NCBI RefSeq assembly: GCF_009914755.1
Contig: NC_060927.1
Source: the human T2T-CHM13v2.0 reference genome, Homo sapiens
Strand: one strand, 5' to 3'
Length of the DNA stretch: 64,000 bases
The notes under the pieces were generated by a model. The model made no database searches and was not told the DNA's origin. It saw only the letters and a list, made by a program, of their open reading frames with translations. The first letter of the stretch is position 1. Each line of letters opens with the position of its first letter. Of the stretch, positions 30,471 to 44,164 are shown in pieces. The position numbers and the translations under genes are program-made.

Positions 30471-30848
30471 AATCTAGATGGAGGTTCCCAAACCTCAATT
30501 CTTCACTTCTGTGCACCTGCGGTTCCAACACCCTGTGGAAGCCACCAAGGGGTGGGGCTTACACCCTCTGAAGCAATGGCCTGAACTACATCTTCACCCC
30601 TTTTAGCCACAGCTGGAGCTGAAGCAGTTGGGACACAGGACACCAAGTCCTGAGGATGCACACAGCAATAGGGTCTGGGCCTGGCCCACAAAATCACTCC
30701 TGACACTAAAAACTATCAGAACAGCATAATGGAAACTGTTCCCATGATCAAACCACCTCCCATCAAGTCCCTCCCTTGACACGTGGGGATTAGGGGGATT
30801 GCAATTCAAGATGAGATTTCAGTAGGGACACAGAGCCAAACCATATCA
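30471..30848 (-). mobile_element. THE1D-like LTR start plus internal fragment (inverted piece)
   Basis: CCAAACCATATCA terminus at 30848; internal-like sequence at 30471-30700. Confidence 0.8.
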
Positions 30849-32991
30849 TTCCCCCTTGCTGTTTCTGTGATAGTGAGTGAGTTCTCATGAGATCTGGTTG
30901 TTTGAATGTGTGTGGCACTTACCCCTTCCCTAGGTCTCTCTCTCCTGCTCCACCATGGTAAGAATTATTTGCCTCACCTTTACCTTACACCATGATTGTG
31001 AGTTTCCTGAGGCCTTCCAATCATGCTTTCTGTTAAGCCATGCAGATCTGTTGTGAGTCAAACCTCCTTTGTTTATAAACTACCCAGATATAAGTAGTAT
31101 CTTTATAGCAGTGTGAAAACGAACTAATACAGTAAATTAGTACCATGGAGAGTGGGGTACTGCTATAAAGGTAACTGGAAAATGTGGAAGTGACATTGGA
31201 ACTGGGTAATAGGCAGAGATTGGAACGGTTTGAAGCATTCAGAAAAAAAATTAAAAAGATGTGGGAAAGTTTGGAACTTCCTAGAGGCTTGTTGAATGGT
31301 TTTGACCAAAATGCTGATAATGATGTGGACAAGGAAGTCCAGGCTGAAGTGGTCTTAGATGGAGATAAGGAACTTCTTGGGAACTGGAGCAAAGGTCACT
31401 CTTGCTATGCTTTAGCAAAGAGACTGAAAGCATTTTGCCCCTGCCCTAAAGATCTCTGGAATTTTAAATTTAAGAGAGATGATCGGAAATTGAAACATGT
31501 TTAAAAGGGAAGCAAAGCACAAAAGTTTGGAAAATTTGCAGCCTGACAATGCAATAGAAAAGAAAAACTCATTTTCTGGGGAGAAATTCAAGCCAGCTGT
31601 AGATATTTGCATAAGTAATGAGAAGCCCAAGGTTAATAGCCAAGACAAAGAAGAAAATGTCTCCAGGACCAGTCAGAGATCTTAACAGCAGGCCCTCCCA
31701 TCACAGGCCCTGAGTCCTAGGAAAAAGAAATAGTTTCATGAACCAAGCCCAGAGCCCCGCTGCTGTGTGTAGCCTTGGGACTTGGTGACCTGGATCCCAG
31801 GTGCTCCAACTCCAGCTGTGGCTAAAAGGGGCCAAGATACAGTTCAGACCATGGCTTCAGAGAATGCAAGCCCTAAGCCTTGGCTTCTTCCATGTGGTGT
31901 TGGGCCTGAAGGTGCAGAGAAGTCAAGAATTGAGGTTTAGGGACCTCTGACTAGATTTCAGAGGATGGATGGAAATGCCTGGATGTCCAGGAAAAAGTCT
32001 GCTGCAGGGGTGGAGCCCTCATGGAGAACCTCTGCTAGGGCAGTGTGGAAGGAAAATATGAGTTTGGAACCCCCACAAAGAGTCCCCACTGTAGCACTGC
32101 CTAGTAGAGCTGTGAGATACAGCCACCATCCTCCAGACCCAAGAATGATAGGTTCACTGACAGCTTGCACCCTACACTTGGGAAAGCTGCAGGCACTCAA
32201 TGCCAGCCCATGAAAGCATCCAGGAGAGGGATTATACCCTGCAAAGCCACAGGGGCAGAGCTGCCCAAGACCATGGGAGCCCACCCCTTGCATCAGTGTG
32301 CCCTGGATGTGAGACATGTAGTCAAACAAGATCCTTTCAGAGCTTTTAATTTTAATGACTGCCCTGTTGGGTTTTGGACTTGCATGGGGACTGTGGCCCC
32401 TTTGTTTTGGCCAATTTCACTCATTTGGAATAAGAGAATGTATCCAATTGTATCTTGGAAGTAATGAACTTGTCTGAGATGAGATTTTGAACTTTTGAGT
32501 TTTAGGTTAATGCTGAAATGACTTAAAACTTTGGGGGACTGTTGGGAAGGCATGATTGTGTTTTGAAATGTGAACACATGAGATTTGGGAGGGGCCAGGA
32601 ATGAAATAATATGGTTTGGCTCTGTGTCCCCACCCAAATCTCATCTCAAATTGTAATCTCCAAAATCTCCAGGTGTTGAGGGAGGGACAAGGTGGGAGGT
32701 GATTGTATCATGGGGGTGGTTTCCCCCAGGCCATTCTCAGGATAGTGAGTGAGTTCTCACAAGATATGATGCTTTTATAAGTGTTTGACAGTTCCTGCTT
32801 CACACACACTCTCTCTTGCTCTCTCTGTTGCCATCTTTTGAAGAAGGTGTCTGTTTCCCCTTCCACCATGATGTAAGTCTCCTGAGGCTCCCCCAGCAAT
32901 GCAGAACTGTGAGTCAATTAAACCTCTTCTCTTTATAAATTACCCAGTCTCAGGTAAGTTCTTTATAGCAGTGTAAAAACAGACTAATAAA
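30849..32991 (+). mobile_element. THE1D-like provirus with a chimeric MSTA-like partial left LTR (30849-31131), internal region, and LTR 32607-32991
   Basis: Internal region starts GTAAATTAGTACC; ORF remnant 31184-31504; the two LTR bodies differ in type. Confidence 0.85.
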
Positions 32992-35127
32992 GGGAAGTCA
33001 TCTCCCATGATTAAAGCACCTCCCACCAGTCCCCTCCCCTGACATGTGGGGATTACAATTCGAGATGAGATTTGGGTGGAGACACTGAGCCAAACCATAT
33101 CATTCTGCCCCTGGCCCCTCCAAAATCTCATGTCCTTTTCACATTTCAAAACACAGTCATGCCTTCCCAACAGTCCCCCAAAGTCTTAACTCAATTTGGC
33201 ATTAATCTAAAAGTCAAAAGTCCAAAATCTCATCTGAGACAAGGCAAGTCCCTTCCGCCTATGACCCTGTAAAATCAAAAACAAGTTTGTTACTTCCAAG
33301 ATTCAATTGGGGTGCAGGCATTGGGTAAATGCTCCCATTCCAAATAGGAGAAATTGGCCAAAACAAAGGGCCTACAGGCCCCATGCAAGTCTGAAACCCA
33401 GCAAAGCAGTCATTAAATCTAAAAGCTCCAAAATAATCTACTTTGATTCCGTGTGTCACATCCAGGGCATGCTGATGGAACAGGTGGATTCCCATGGTCT
33501 TGGGCAGCTCCCCCTCTATGGCTCTGGAGGGTACAGCCCCTGTGGATTCTTTCTTGAATGGCCATTGAGTACCTACAGCTTTTCCAGGTGCACAATGCAA
33601 GCTGTCAGTGGATCTACCATTCTGGGGACTGGAGCATAGTGGCCATCTTCTTAGAGCTCCACTAGGCAGTGCCCCAGTGGGGACTCTGTATGGAGGCTCC
33701 AACCCCACATTTCCCCTCTGCACTGCCCTAGTAAAGGTTCTCCATGAAGGCCCTGCCCCTGCAGCAGACTTCTGCTTGGATATCTAGGCAATTCCATACA
33801 TCCTCTGAAATCTAGGCAGAGGTTCCCAAACTCTTGTCATGTGCACATCACAGGCCCAACACCACATGGAAGCAGCCAAGGCTTGGGGTTTACATCCTCC
33901 AAAGCCACAGCCTGAGCTGTACCTTGGCCCCTTTTAGCCACAGCTGGAGCTGGAGGAGCTGGGACACAGTGCACCGTGTCCTAAGCCTGTATAGAGCAGC
34001 TGGGCCCTGGGCCTGGGCCACAAAACCATTTTTTTTCTTCTTAAGCCCCAGGCCCTGTGATGGGAGAGGCTTCTGTGAAGGTCTCTGACATGCCCTAGAG
34101 ACATTTTCCCCATTGTCTTGGCCACTATTATTTGACTTCTCTTTACTCATGCAAATTTCTGCAGCCGGCTTGAATTTCTACTCAGAAAATGGGTGTTTCT
34201 TTTCTACCACATGGTCAGGTTGCAAATTTTCCAAACTTTTCTGCTCTGCTTCTTTTTTAAACATAAGTTCCAATTTCAGACCACCTCTTTGTGAATGCAT
34301 ATGACTGTATCCTGTTAGGAGCAGCCAGGCTACATCTTGAATGCTTTGCTGCTTACCCAGATGTAAATTTCTTCTACCAGATACCCTAAATCATCTCTCT
34401 AGAGTTCAAAGTTCCACAGATCCCTAGAGCAGGGACACAATGCCACCAGTCTCTTTGGTAAAGGATAAGAAGAGTAACTTTTGCTCCAGTTCCCAATAAG
34501 TTCCTCATCTCTATCTGAGACCGCCTAAGCCTGAACTTCATTGTCTATATCACTATCAGCATTTTGGTCAAAACCATTCAACAATTCTCTAGGAAGTTCC
34601 AAACTTTCCCTCATCATCGTGTCGTCTTCTGAGCCCTCTAAACTGTTCCACTCTCTGCCTGTTTTTCAGTTCCAAAGTCACTTCCACACTTTCAGGTTAT
34701 CTTTATAGCAGTGCCCTACTTTCCTGGTACTAATTTTCTGTATTCGTCCGTTTTTACACTGCTATAAAAGAACTACCTGAGATGGGGCAATTTATGAAGA
34801 AAAAAGGTTTAATTGATTCACAGTTCCACAGGCTTAACAGGAAGCATGATTGGGAGGCTTCCAGAAACTTACAATCATGGCAGAAAGTGAAGGGGAAGCA
34901 AGCACATCTTACCATGGTGGAGCAGGAAAGAGAAGTCCAGAGAAGGGGAAAGTGCCACACACTTTCAAACAACCAGATCTCATGAGAACTCACTTACTGT
35001 CACCAGAACAGCAAGGAGGAAGTCTTTCCCCATGATTCAATCACCTCCCATCAGGCCCCACCCACAACCCATGAGGATTACAATTAAAGATGAGATTTGG
35101 GGGGGGACACAGAACCAAACCATATCA
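32992..35127 (-). mobile_element. MSTA provirus: 5' LTR 35127-34739, internal region, interrupted 3' LTR 33102-32992
   Basis: LTR termini; internal region starts GAAAATTAGTACC on the minus strand; CCTGCTCCACCATGGTAAGA motif. Confidence 0.88.
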
Positions 35128-38039
35128 CATGCCAAGAAATTACATGCCAAGAAATTAAATAACCTAGATGAGATAGAGAAATTCCTAGATGTATACTACT
35201 ACAACTGGCTTAAGAAGCAATAGAAAATCTGAATAGACTTGTAACAGGTAAAGAGATTAAATTAGTAATAATAATAATAATAATAACTCACAAAGAAGAG
35301 TCCAGAATCAATGTCACTGATGGACTCTACCAAATGTTTAAAAGTTAACACCAATCTTTCACAAACTCTTCCAAACAATAGAAGAGGAGGGAGTACTTCT
35401 CAACTCATTCTGTGAGGATAATTTTGTATGACACTAAAACCAGACAAAGAAACCACACATACACATACATACACACTTACACTTTCCCTTATACTACTTT
35501 CCCTTATATAAATGTAGACTACTTTCCCTTACAAATATAGATGAAAAATTTCTCAACAAAATATTAGCAACCAAATACAGCAACAAATAAAATGGATTAT
35601 ACACCATGACAAAGTCAGATTTATCCCAGGAATACAAGGTTGATTCAATATGTGAAAATCATCAGTGCAATATATCATACTAATAAAGGACAAAAAACAC
35701 ATATTATCTTAATAGACACAGAAAAATCTGCTAAAATCTCCAATCTTTTCATGATTAAAAAAAAAACTCAACAAACTAGGAATAGATAGGAATCTCCTTC
35801 ACCTGATAAAGGACATCTACAAAGCCCCACAAAGAATATTATATTTAATGGTAGAAGACTGAAAGCCTTCCTTCTAAAATCAGGGACAAGCCAAGGATGT
35901 CCACTCACATAGCATCTATTAACATTATACTAGAGGCTCTATACAGAGAAAATTAGATAATTAAAAAAGAAATAAAAGGCATCCAGATTAGAAAGAAATA
36001 AAACTATCACTGTATGCAGGTTACATGATATTATTTATAGAAGATCCTAAGGAATTCACTTAAAAAGTTAAAGCTGATAAATGAGTTCAGCAAGGTTGTA
36101 GGATACAAGATCAATATATAAAAATCAATTTTATGTCTATACACTAGCAATGAACAGTTCAAAAATAAAATTCAAAAAAAATTCTATTTAAAATAGCATC
36201 AACAAGATACTTAGAATGAATCTAACAAAAGGTCAAGACTTGTGCACTGAAAAGTACAATACATCGTTGAAAGAAATTAAAGAAAACCTAAGTAAATGGA
36301 AAGACATCCTATATTCATGGATTGGAAAACTAAATATTGTTAAGATGACAATACTCCCCAAATTATTATCAGCTTCAGTGCAATCCCTCTCAAAATTCCA
36401 GCTAGCTTTTTGCAGAAATTGACAAGTGGATCTTTAAAAAATGAAAAACATCTAGAATACCCAAAAAAATCATAAAAATTCATTTCAAAATGTATTGCAA
36501 AGCTATAGTACTGACATAAGAATAGGCATATAGGTCAGTAAAGTGGAACTGAGCATCCAAAAATAAACTTATACCTTGATGGACAATTGGTTTTTGGCAA
36601 GGATGCCAAGATAATTTACTAGTAAAATAAGTATTCGACAAATGGTTCTAAGAAAACTAGCTACCAATACTAAAAAGAAATTGGACCCCCCACCTCAAAC
36701 CATATAAAAATTTTAACTCAAATGGATCATAGACCTAAATATAAGAGCTAAAACCTAAACACTCTTAGAAGAAGTAAATCTTCACGACCTTGAATTAGGC
36801 AATATTTTCCTACATATGACACCTAAAACACAAGAAACTAAAGTAAAAATAATCTAGTTTTACTTTCTATTGAACTTCAGAAAATTAAAACACATTGTGC
36901 TTCAAAGAACAACATCAACAGAGTAAAAATACAATCCACAGAATTCAAGATAATATTTGCAAATGATTGATGTGATCAGAGTCTAATATCAAGAATTTTT
37001 AGAAACTCTTAAATTCATCATTAAAATGGTAAATAACCCAATTTTGAAAAATGGACAAAGGGCTTGAATGAACATTTCTCTAAAGAAGATACTCAAATGG
37101 ACAATGGGCCCATGAAAAGATGCTCAACATCTTTTATGGTCACAGAAATCCAAATTAAACACCAATGAGATATGAGGTACCACTTCACACCCACAAAGAT
37201 GACTGTTCTCAAATACAAAAATAAAAAACATGACAAGTGTTAGGTAGCAAGGATGTAGAAAGAAATTTAAACTCTCATACACTGCTAGTGGGAGTGTAAA
37301 ATAGTATAATAACTTTGAAAAACATTTTGGCAGTTCCTCAAAAAGTTAAACAAATGTAGAAACACAGAGTTACCTTGTGACCCAGTAATTCCCCTTGCAG
37401 GTACATAACTGAGAGAACTGAAACCTATTCACACAAAAATTTATACATGAATGTTCATATCATCATAAAGCCAAAATGTGAAAGCCATCCAAATATCCAT
37501 GAACTGATAAATGGATAATTCAAATAGGCATATCCATACAACAGAATATTATTCAGCAAAAAAAAGTGAAATACTGCTACAACATGGATGAACATTTTAA
37601 TATTATGCTAAGTGAAAGAAGCCAGACATAAAAGGCCATATGCTTTATGATTCTGTTATACAAAATATCGAGAAAAGGCAAATCCATAGAGACAGAAGGT
37701 GTATTAGTGGGAAGCGGGAAATAGTGAGTGCATGCTAATGGGCACAAGGTTTCTCTTTTGGATGATAAGGATGTTTTAGAATTTGATAATGATGATGGTT
37801 GTATAACCTTATGACTACACTGAATTCAATAATATTGTGCATTTAAAATGGTGAATTTTATACTATGTGAATTTTATCAAGAAGGAACAAGGAAGAAAAA
37901 ACGGATATCACTGGATAAGGCCCATAGGATGGGACCCACACCAGATAAAACACAACTATAATTAAATTAATTTTAAATATTGAAAACCTGAAAAATAGAC
38001 TATTATCTTGCCAATTTGTTCTGAGGTATGCCGAATTTA

Positions 38040-38130
38040 ATTTACTTGCCCAAGTTCACAAAGCTAAGCCACTAAGTTGTGGAGTTTGGATACATTCTGA
38101 CTACAAAACCATGTACTTAGCTATGGCATC
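38040..38130 (-). mobile_element. MIR fragment
   Basis: ACTTGCCCAAGTTCACAAAGCTA. Confidence 0.55.
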
Positions 38131-38849
38131 TGCTGCCTCCTTTGGTCCGAGGGTAAGATAATTCCTCACATCTAGGATTACTGGCTAGAGAAATGGAAGG
38201 AGATAAACATTAAAAATAGAGGAGGTATATTTGTTTACATGAAAAATAAGGATGAGAAATAACCTTGGGCCATAGAGTTTGTCTAAAAATAAGAGTAACC
38301 TATAAAATAAGTTTCATCTGAATAAGTCATTCATCTTTAGGTAGTGAATATCCCTTTCATGACCATGTATTCCTAAGAGTGAATAGTTAGAACAAAATAT
38401 TGAGTATATCCTCAGAAACTGAAATAACCTTTATGTAAGGCAAAAAGCAACTTCTTAACTCAGTTGACAAAAATTCTGCATAGTGTCATTAATGATAGTG
38501 TCAGATAGATAGCTCAATCCAAACAGTGCTTTGAGGCTAATGTCCGGGTTCAAATCTCATATGATTAGTTGTCATATTCTAATTGTACCCTTATCCCTGA
38601 CAGTTACCTCAAAAACATGTCCTTGATTACAAAGGAGAAAAAAGATGAAATCATACAGACAAATAAAAACAAGATTCATCAACACCAAAAAAAAGCCATC
38701 CAAAAGGATTTCATTCTGATGCGATAATAGATCATTTTTATCACTGTATATGACGAACAGCACATAATACCATGTAGCACCTACATGCAATAATATCACT
38801 TTCACATTTGAGAAAAAACTAACCATTTTCCTTACATAATGACAACACA

Positions 38850-39560
38850 ATTTTCTCTACTTAGGAGAACTAGTAAGAACTGTGTGACCTAGAAAGAAGA
38901 AGTTTTGGAGTAAACATCAAAGGAAAAATGATAGAGAATATAGTAAAGAACAAGACTTCCATTTAGAACAAATGGAGGTCTTAAAGATAAATAAGTCCCT
39001 TTGGGGAGAAAGTAGTATATTGTTAACAAATGACAAAGACCACAGATCTATTCAACTCTTACTTTTTTCCCATTTTCACCAATGAAATCAATGATAGTAT
39101 TGAAATCCCTGTAAAACACTATCAGAAAGAATAACTGAATGGAATGGTTAAAAAAAGGGGAAAATGTACACAACAAGATAAGACTATATCTAAATTATTT
39201 AAATGATGCCAGTCTCCATATTCATATATTATATCCCAAAGCATGAGACACAGAATTCATGTAGTTTTTAAAGATCTGAAATGATGGAATATATAGAACC
39301 TAAGTAAATTTCTTAAACAGGTATAATGGTTCCAGAAACTATGAGGTTTAACCTTACCTTAGAGAAAATCTCAAGTGTGGCTTATTAAACTATTGGGGAA
39401 AATGAGAAGGAAAGTATAGTCACTGGAAAAATACATGAAATATAATCTTCCCAAATGTATGACTTTAGATTTTACTAGACTATAAATTAATATAATAATA
39501 AAATCCCCTTTTATAATTTTCAAAACATTTTGACAGGTGTAACACCAATTACTGAAGAAA
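38850..39560 (+). mobile_element. L3/CR1 RT-region remnant, probably continued at 48150-48450
   Basis: Degenerate TTAAATGATGCCAGTCTCCA..TATATCCCAAAG (KSPGPDGIHPR-like) and ATTTTCAAAACATTTTGACA (DFSKAFD-like). Confidence 0.45.
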
Positions 39561-41593
39561 AGTGTCTTATGTGCCAGGCAGCGGCAGGAAGGCAACTATT
39601 CCTATGTCAAAGAGTAGTTCCTATAATTAACATATATATAGTGCAGAGTAGACAACATGGCATAAACTTGTTTCTCTTTGCTCATCCTCACTAAATACAA
39701 ATATAAACCCAGGAAATAATGCAAGAAGGCGTTAAAAGAGAACACTGAAATATGGAAAGGGGAAGATAGACTGATTAAGGACTCCAGGTCTGGAAGAACA
39801 CAACAGTTGGCTTTTTCATGACCTCTAACTCAACAGAAGAAGGTAACCCAGGCCGGGCATTTTCAACATCCATTCTATCAACAGAAGGTAACCCACATAG
39901 GATCTTTTTTTTTCCCCAGTCCTAATGCGAGTCCCAACGACAATATTAGATGAGCCTAGCAGTATTGGCAGATTGATCAGAAATCCCAAGGACAATAAAA
40001 GGACACAGAAAGCACTCCTTCTCTGCTGGGCCTGAGACTATGCTCTCCTACTGAGGGTTGTCGTACAGCACCAGCAAAGAGGAATCACATCAAGTCCAGT
40101 GGCCTAGCTTAGGAAGCCTCTTGCTCTTTATGGGCCAGAAAATCCTTTTTCCTAGGCAGTACGAACACACACACAGACACAAAGTCTGCCTAGGAAGTAC
40201 TTGTCATCCCCATAGAATTCCTTCTCCTAGTTAGAGTCACCAGAAAGCCTGGACTGGGTAAGTTCCTTGACCTCCCTCAGGCAGCACCAGAAGGAATGCA
40301 TGAGAGCTCAGGCATCACCAGACACCAAACAGATGAAAACAGCACCACAAGAGCTCTTAAAATTAAACTTCTACTGGAACTGCAATCAACAAAAGTAGGC
40401 CAGGACCTAAAGACTAAACCTAAAAGTGATGACTGCCTGGCCTGCTAAAATCAAGATTTAAATAGGAACCAAAGCCTCCTAACATCGTAACCAAACTGTC
40501 CATAATACAATTTTAAAAATCACTCCTTATATGAAGAACCAGAAAAATCACAGCTTGAATGAAAAAAAAAGCAATCAACTCACATCAACAGCAAGATGAA
40601 TTAGAAGCTGCAATTATCGGACAACGATTTTAAAGCAGCCATCATAAAAATACCTCAACAAAGTACAATTTTTAAAAAAGAGAAGGAACAATGATGAATT
40701 GAATATATGGAATACAAAACTGTAAAAGTGATTTAAAAATACTTCAACAAGCAATTACAAATTTCTTAAAACAAATGAAAAAACAGGAAGTCTGGAGTAT
40801 ATAGCAGAATTTGTAAATAATAATAACCAAATGGAAATAATAGAACTGAGAAGTACAATAACTAGTGGGAAAAAGCTCACTAAATGAGCTTGATAGTACA
40901 GTGAAGATGACAAGGGACAGACTCAGTGATCGACAGAATTTATACAATCTGAACAAAAGAGAGAAAGCTGATCTTAAAAAGTGAAAAGTGCCTCAGGAAC
41001 CTGAGAGACAATTAGCAAAAGATCCAACTCATATCATTAGATTCTCAAAAGGAGAAAAGAGATTGAAGCTGAAAAGGTGCTTGAAGAAATGACTGAAAGG
41101 GTCCCAATTTTGGCAAAGGACATATGTACACAGATGCAAAAATCTGAGCAAATCTCAAATATGATAAAACAAAATAAATTCAATTCAAGGACATTATAAT
41201 TAAACTTCTGAAAAATAAAGACAAAATATTTAAAAAACAACCAGAGAGAAACAGTACATTGTGTATAGGGAAAACCAGTTTGAATGACAGATTTTTCATC
41301 TGAAACCATGGAGGCCAGAAAAAATATGGTGCAATGTTTTTCAAGTGCTAAAAGCATAGTCAACTATGTATTTTAGAATCAGTGAAACTATTCTCCAGAA
41401 ACAAAGAAGAAATAAAGAAATTCCCATAGAAAGATAAACTAATTTGCTGATAGTACACATTCCCTTAAAGAACAGCTAAAAGAAATTCCTCAAACAGAAA
41501 AAAAAATGATTAAAAAATGATAAAACGAAATGAATGATAATATTGAAATCCCTGTAAAACACTATTGGAAAGAACAACAGTATGGAACGGTTA

Positions 41594-41915
<322 letters not shown>

Positions 41916-44164
41916 AAGAGTATATCAAAATTATTTAAATGATGCAAGTCTCCATAGTCATATATTATATTCCAAGCATGAGATACAGAATTCATGTAGT
42001 TTTTAAAGATTTCAAGTGACAGAATACAGAGAATATAAGAAAAAAATTTTAATAGGTACAGTGGTTCCAGAAACTATGAGGTTTAACCTTACCTTGGAGA
42101 AAAACTCAAGTGTGGCTTATTAAACTGTTGGGAAAAACAATAAGGAAAATATAATCTTGGAGCATCAGGAAGGAAAAAGAGTCACTGAAAGAACACAAAT
42201 ATGAGTACATAAAATAAACTAACTCCCATGAATTTTATAAATCATATTGACTATTGAAAAAAATTATAATGCTATCTGATACTTAATACGATGGTATTTA
42301 AAAGCAGAAAACATAAAGGAATTTAAACAGCAGTAAGGTAAACACTTCATTAGAAGTAGTAAAATGTTGATAACACTGTGATAAGAAACATATGTATATT
42401 ATAATATACAAAGGAACCACTAAGAAATATATACAAAAAATACACTAAAAACAACATAAATCAATCAAGATGGAAGCCTAAGAAATGTTCAAATAACCCA
42501 AAAGAAGGCAAAAAGAAACATAAAAAAGAAACAGAGGTAACAAATAGAAAATAACTAATAAAATGACAGACTTATGCCCTAAAATATTAATAATTACCTA
42601 AAATGTAAACTATCTAAAATCATCAATTAAAAGGCAGAGATTGGAAACGTGGATAGAAAAATACATTCTAACTCTATGCTATTTACATGAAAGTCACCTC
42701 AAATTCAACAATAAAGGTAGATTGAAAATAAAAGGATGGAAAATTATATACCATGCAATAAAAAAAGAAGCTGTATTAATACCTGATAAAGTACCACTCA
42801 GATCAAGGAAAATTCACAGAAAATTACTAGGGGCAAAAACGGATATTACATAATGATAAACAGAACAATTCAAAAATAACTGAATGAAAATGAAGATACA
42901 ATAGATCAAAATATATGGGTTCAGCTAAAGTATTATTGAGAGGAACATTGATAATGCTAAATGTTCATGTGGGAAAAGATCTCAATTTAATAACCTAAGA
43001 TGCTACCTCAAAAAACTAGAAAAAGAAAATTGCAAACTAAACCCAAAGCAAGCAAAAGGAAAACAGTAAATATATGAACAGAAATGAATAAAATTGAAAA
43101 CAGAAAAACAATAGAGAAAATCAATGAAATCAAAAGCTGCTTGTTCAAAAAAATTAATAAAATTGGCAAACCTCTAGCAAGACTGAATATATTTTTAAAA
43201 AAGAGAAGAAAAAGTTAGCAATATAAACAATGAAACAGAAAATACCACAACAGATACTGCAGCCATTTAAAAACTGATAAAGGAATACTACAAAGTAATG
43301 CTCATAAATTCAACAACTTAGAAAAAATGTAACAATTCCATGAACACCACAAACTGCCAAATCTTGATTATGATGAAGAAGTGAATAGCGCTATAACCAT
43401 TAAAGAAATTGAATCCATAACTTAAAACTTCCAAAAAAGAAATCTCTAGGCTAAATGGTTCCACTGGAAAATACTACCAAGTGCTTAAAGAATAATTAAC
43501 ATCAATTCTGCATAATCTCTTCCAGAAAGTAGGGAACACTTCTAAGCTCATTTATGAAGTATTATCTGAATATCAAAATCATACAAAGATAGGATTAACC
43601 TAAAAACTATAGACTAATATCACTCATAAAATTTACATGTAAAAACCCCCAACAATATAAGCAAAAAAAAAATTATCAAATTGAGTAATATATAAAAAGA
43701 ACTAAACACCATGACGAACTGAGGCTTATTCCAGGTATAAAAGGTTGTTTCAACATTTGAAAATTAATGAATGCAATCCCCCATACTAATACCTAAAGAT
43801 GAAAAATTACATGTTCATATCAGTTGATGTATAAAAAGCATTTGACCAAAAAGAGACAAAAAATACCTCTCAGCAAGTTAGGAATAGAGTGGTACTACCT
43901 TTATTTGATAAAGAACACCCACAAAAAACCTACAGCTAACAATCATTCCAAAGATGTACCTTTACAATCATTCCAAAGAAACTAAAATAATCAGGTATAA
44001 TTTTATCAATTTTATCAAAACATGCACAAGATCTGTATGCAGAAAATTATTAAGTGCTGATGAAAGAAACCAAAGATCTACATAAAAGGATATACATACT
44101 GCGTTCACAGTTTGAAAGATTTAACATAGTAAAGATGTCAGTTCTCCCTCAATTGATTTATAGG

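Larger units (their letters stand above)
29975..37880 (+). mobile_element. Old L1 (L1MB7/8-like) ORF2 and 3'UTR, in two pieces (29975-30450, 35128-37880) around the MaLR cluster
   Basis: EN-domain remnants (ATATCAGACAAAATAG, TTTAAGACCCCATTTTCAATAATG), RT remnants, 3' end TTTAAAATGGTGAATTTTATACTATGTGAATT. Confidence 0.85.
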
